A DNA stretch of 64,000 nucleotides from IMG/VR virus record IMGVR_UViG_3300042290_000544. One strand, 5' to 3'. Positions 63,462 to 64,000 of this stretch are shown piece after piece. The notes beneath the pieces were generated by a model, which was given only the letters and a program-made list of their open reading frames with translations, was not told where the DNA came from and searched no databases. A program made the translations under genes and the position numbers. This DNA comes from a virus. Every line of letters starts with the position of its first letter. The first letter of the stretch is position 1.

Positions 63462-63951
63462 TGATAAAATCCACAATTTCTTGGATCATTTCTGGAGTGA
63501 GGTCCTGAGCTTCATAACCGTAATACGGCTTGATGTTAAAATACTTTGGAATCGGATCAATGAGGTTAAGAAATTCAATCTTGCTCATATTGTCTCTCCT
63601 AGGAAGGTTATCAATAAGGTATGATTGTGCATTTGGAAATCCAGACAGCTCAATTCCTCCGCGGATATGAATGTCGTCCCGATGATAGATTTGTGAATTC
63701 TTAAACCCTAATTTAAATACTTCATTCCAGCTTTCCGCATATTCCTGCGTTGCAGCGGTAAGAATGTAACAGGGTGCAATTTCTCTGAGTACCTTTAATA
63801 GGTCGAGTGCTCCGGGGCGGAGCACCGCTCTATAGGTATCATTATGGTCAATTTTAATGACCTTGGAACCTTCACGCGGCTCATCATTCCATGGGTCGCA
63901 ATGAATCAGAGTTTCATCAAGATCAACAAAAATGTATTTAGTTTTAGCCAT
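63454..63951 (-). CDS. HAD-family (NIF/FCP1-like) phosphatase
   Basis: FVDLDETLIH, LRPG, ILTAA...YA and LIDN. Confidence 0.8.
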   Translation of the reverse strand: MAKTKYIFVDLDETLIHCDPWNDEPREGSKVIKIDHNDTYRAVLRPGALDLLKVLREIAPCYILTAATQEYAESWNEVFKLGFKNSQIYHRDDIHIRGGIELSGFPNAQSYLIDNLPRRDNMSKIEFLNLIDPIPKYFNIKPYYGYEAQDLTPEMIQEIVDFIND

Positions 63952-63957
63952 AAAAGA

Positions 63958-63987
63958 ATACTATATTACTTATCCAAATTTGTAAAC
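63958..63987 (-). promoter_or_regulatory. early promoter
   Basis: GTTTACA-N17-TAGTAT, 6 nt before the ATG at 63951. Confidence 0.7.
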
Positions 63988-64000
63988 AAAAAAGGACCCA

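Noticed and set aside
1-64000. Stop-codon reassignment
   Set aside because: Core genes are full length in code 11, and TAA, TAG and TGA all end genes.
1-64000. tRNAs, group I introns, inteins, homing endonucleases and IS elements
   Set aside because: No recognisable cloverleaf, intein or HNH/GIY-YIG motif, or interrupted core gene was seen by eye; a tRNAscan/Infernal run would be needed to exclude them fully.

Overview
This 64-kb window is part of a large T4-like (T4-superfamily, aquatic cyanophage/pelagiphage-type) myovirus genome; no host-chromosome genes, tRNAs, CRISPR arrays or IS elements were seen. 1-39 kb is the tail/baseplate module: two proline-poor collagen-like (Gly-X-Gln) fibre genes, a three-gene glycan cassette, a long fibre with an S74 chaperone and a Gly-rich adhesin, VrlC, gp8, gp7, gp6, gp25, PAAR, gp5, hub, gp53, gp48, gp4, gp2, gp54-like, gp26/gp51 and tape measure. 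39-41 kb carries gp32, gp59 and gp33. 41-64 kb is an accessory region of small genes behind repeated GTTTAC-N17-TAnnAT early promoters. Main candidate system: a contiguous operon (51004 to 44914, minus strand) with two paralogous membrane proteins, CsgF, CsgG, a curlin-repeat protein, a FecR protein and a catalytically intact CHASE2 adenylyl cyclase, i.e. a possible phage-encoded trans-envelope curli-to-cAMP signalling module. Other leads: a T-TTT-TTC -1 frameshift that would fuse gp26 to gp51 just before the tape measure (lambda G/GT-like), a ~125-nt rod-shaped hairpin ncRNA behind a late promoter, widespread leaderless/SD-free gene starts, IHF-consensus sites phased upstream of early promoters, and glycosyl-/methyltransferases next to Thr-rich collagen fibres. 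All family assignments come from motif recognition by eye; no database searches were run.
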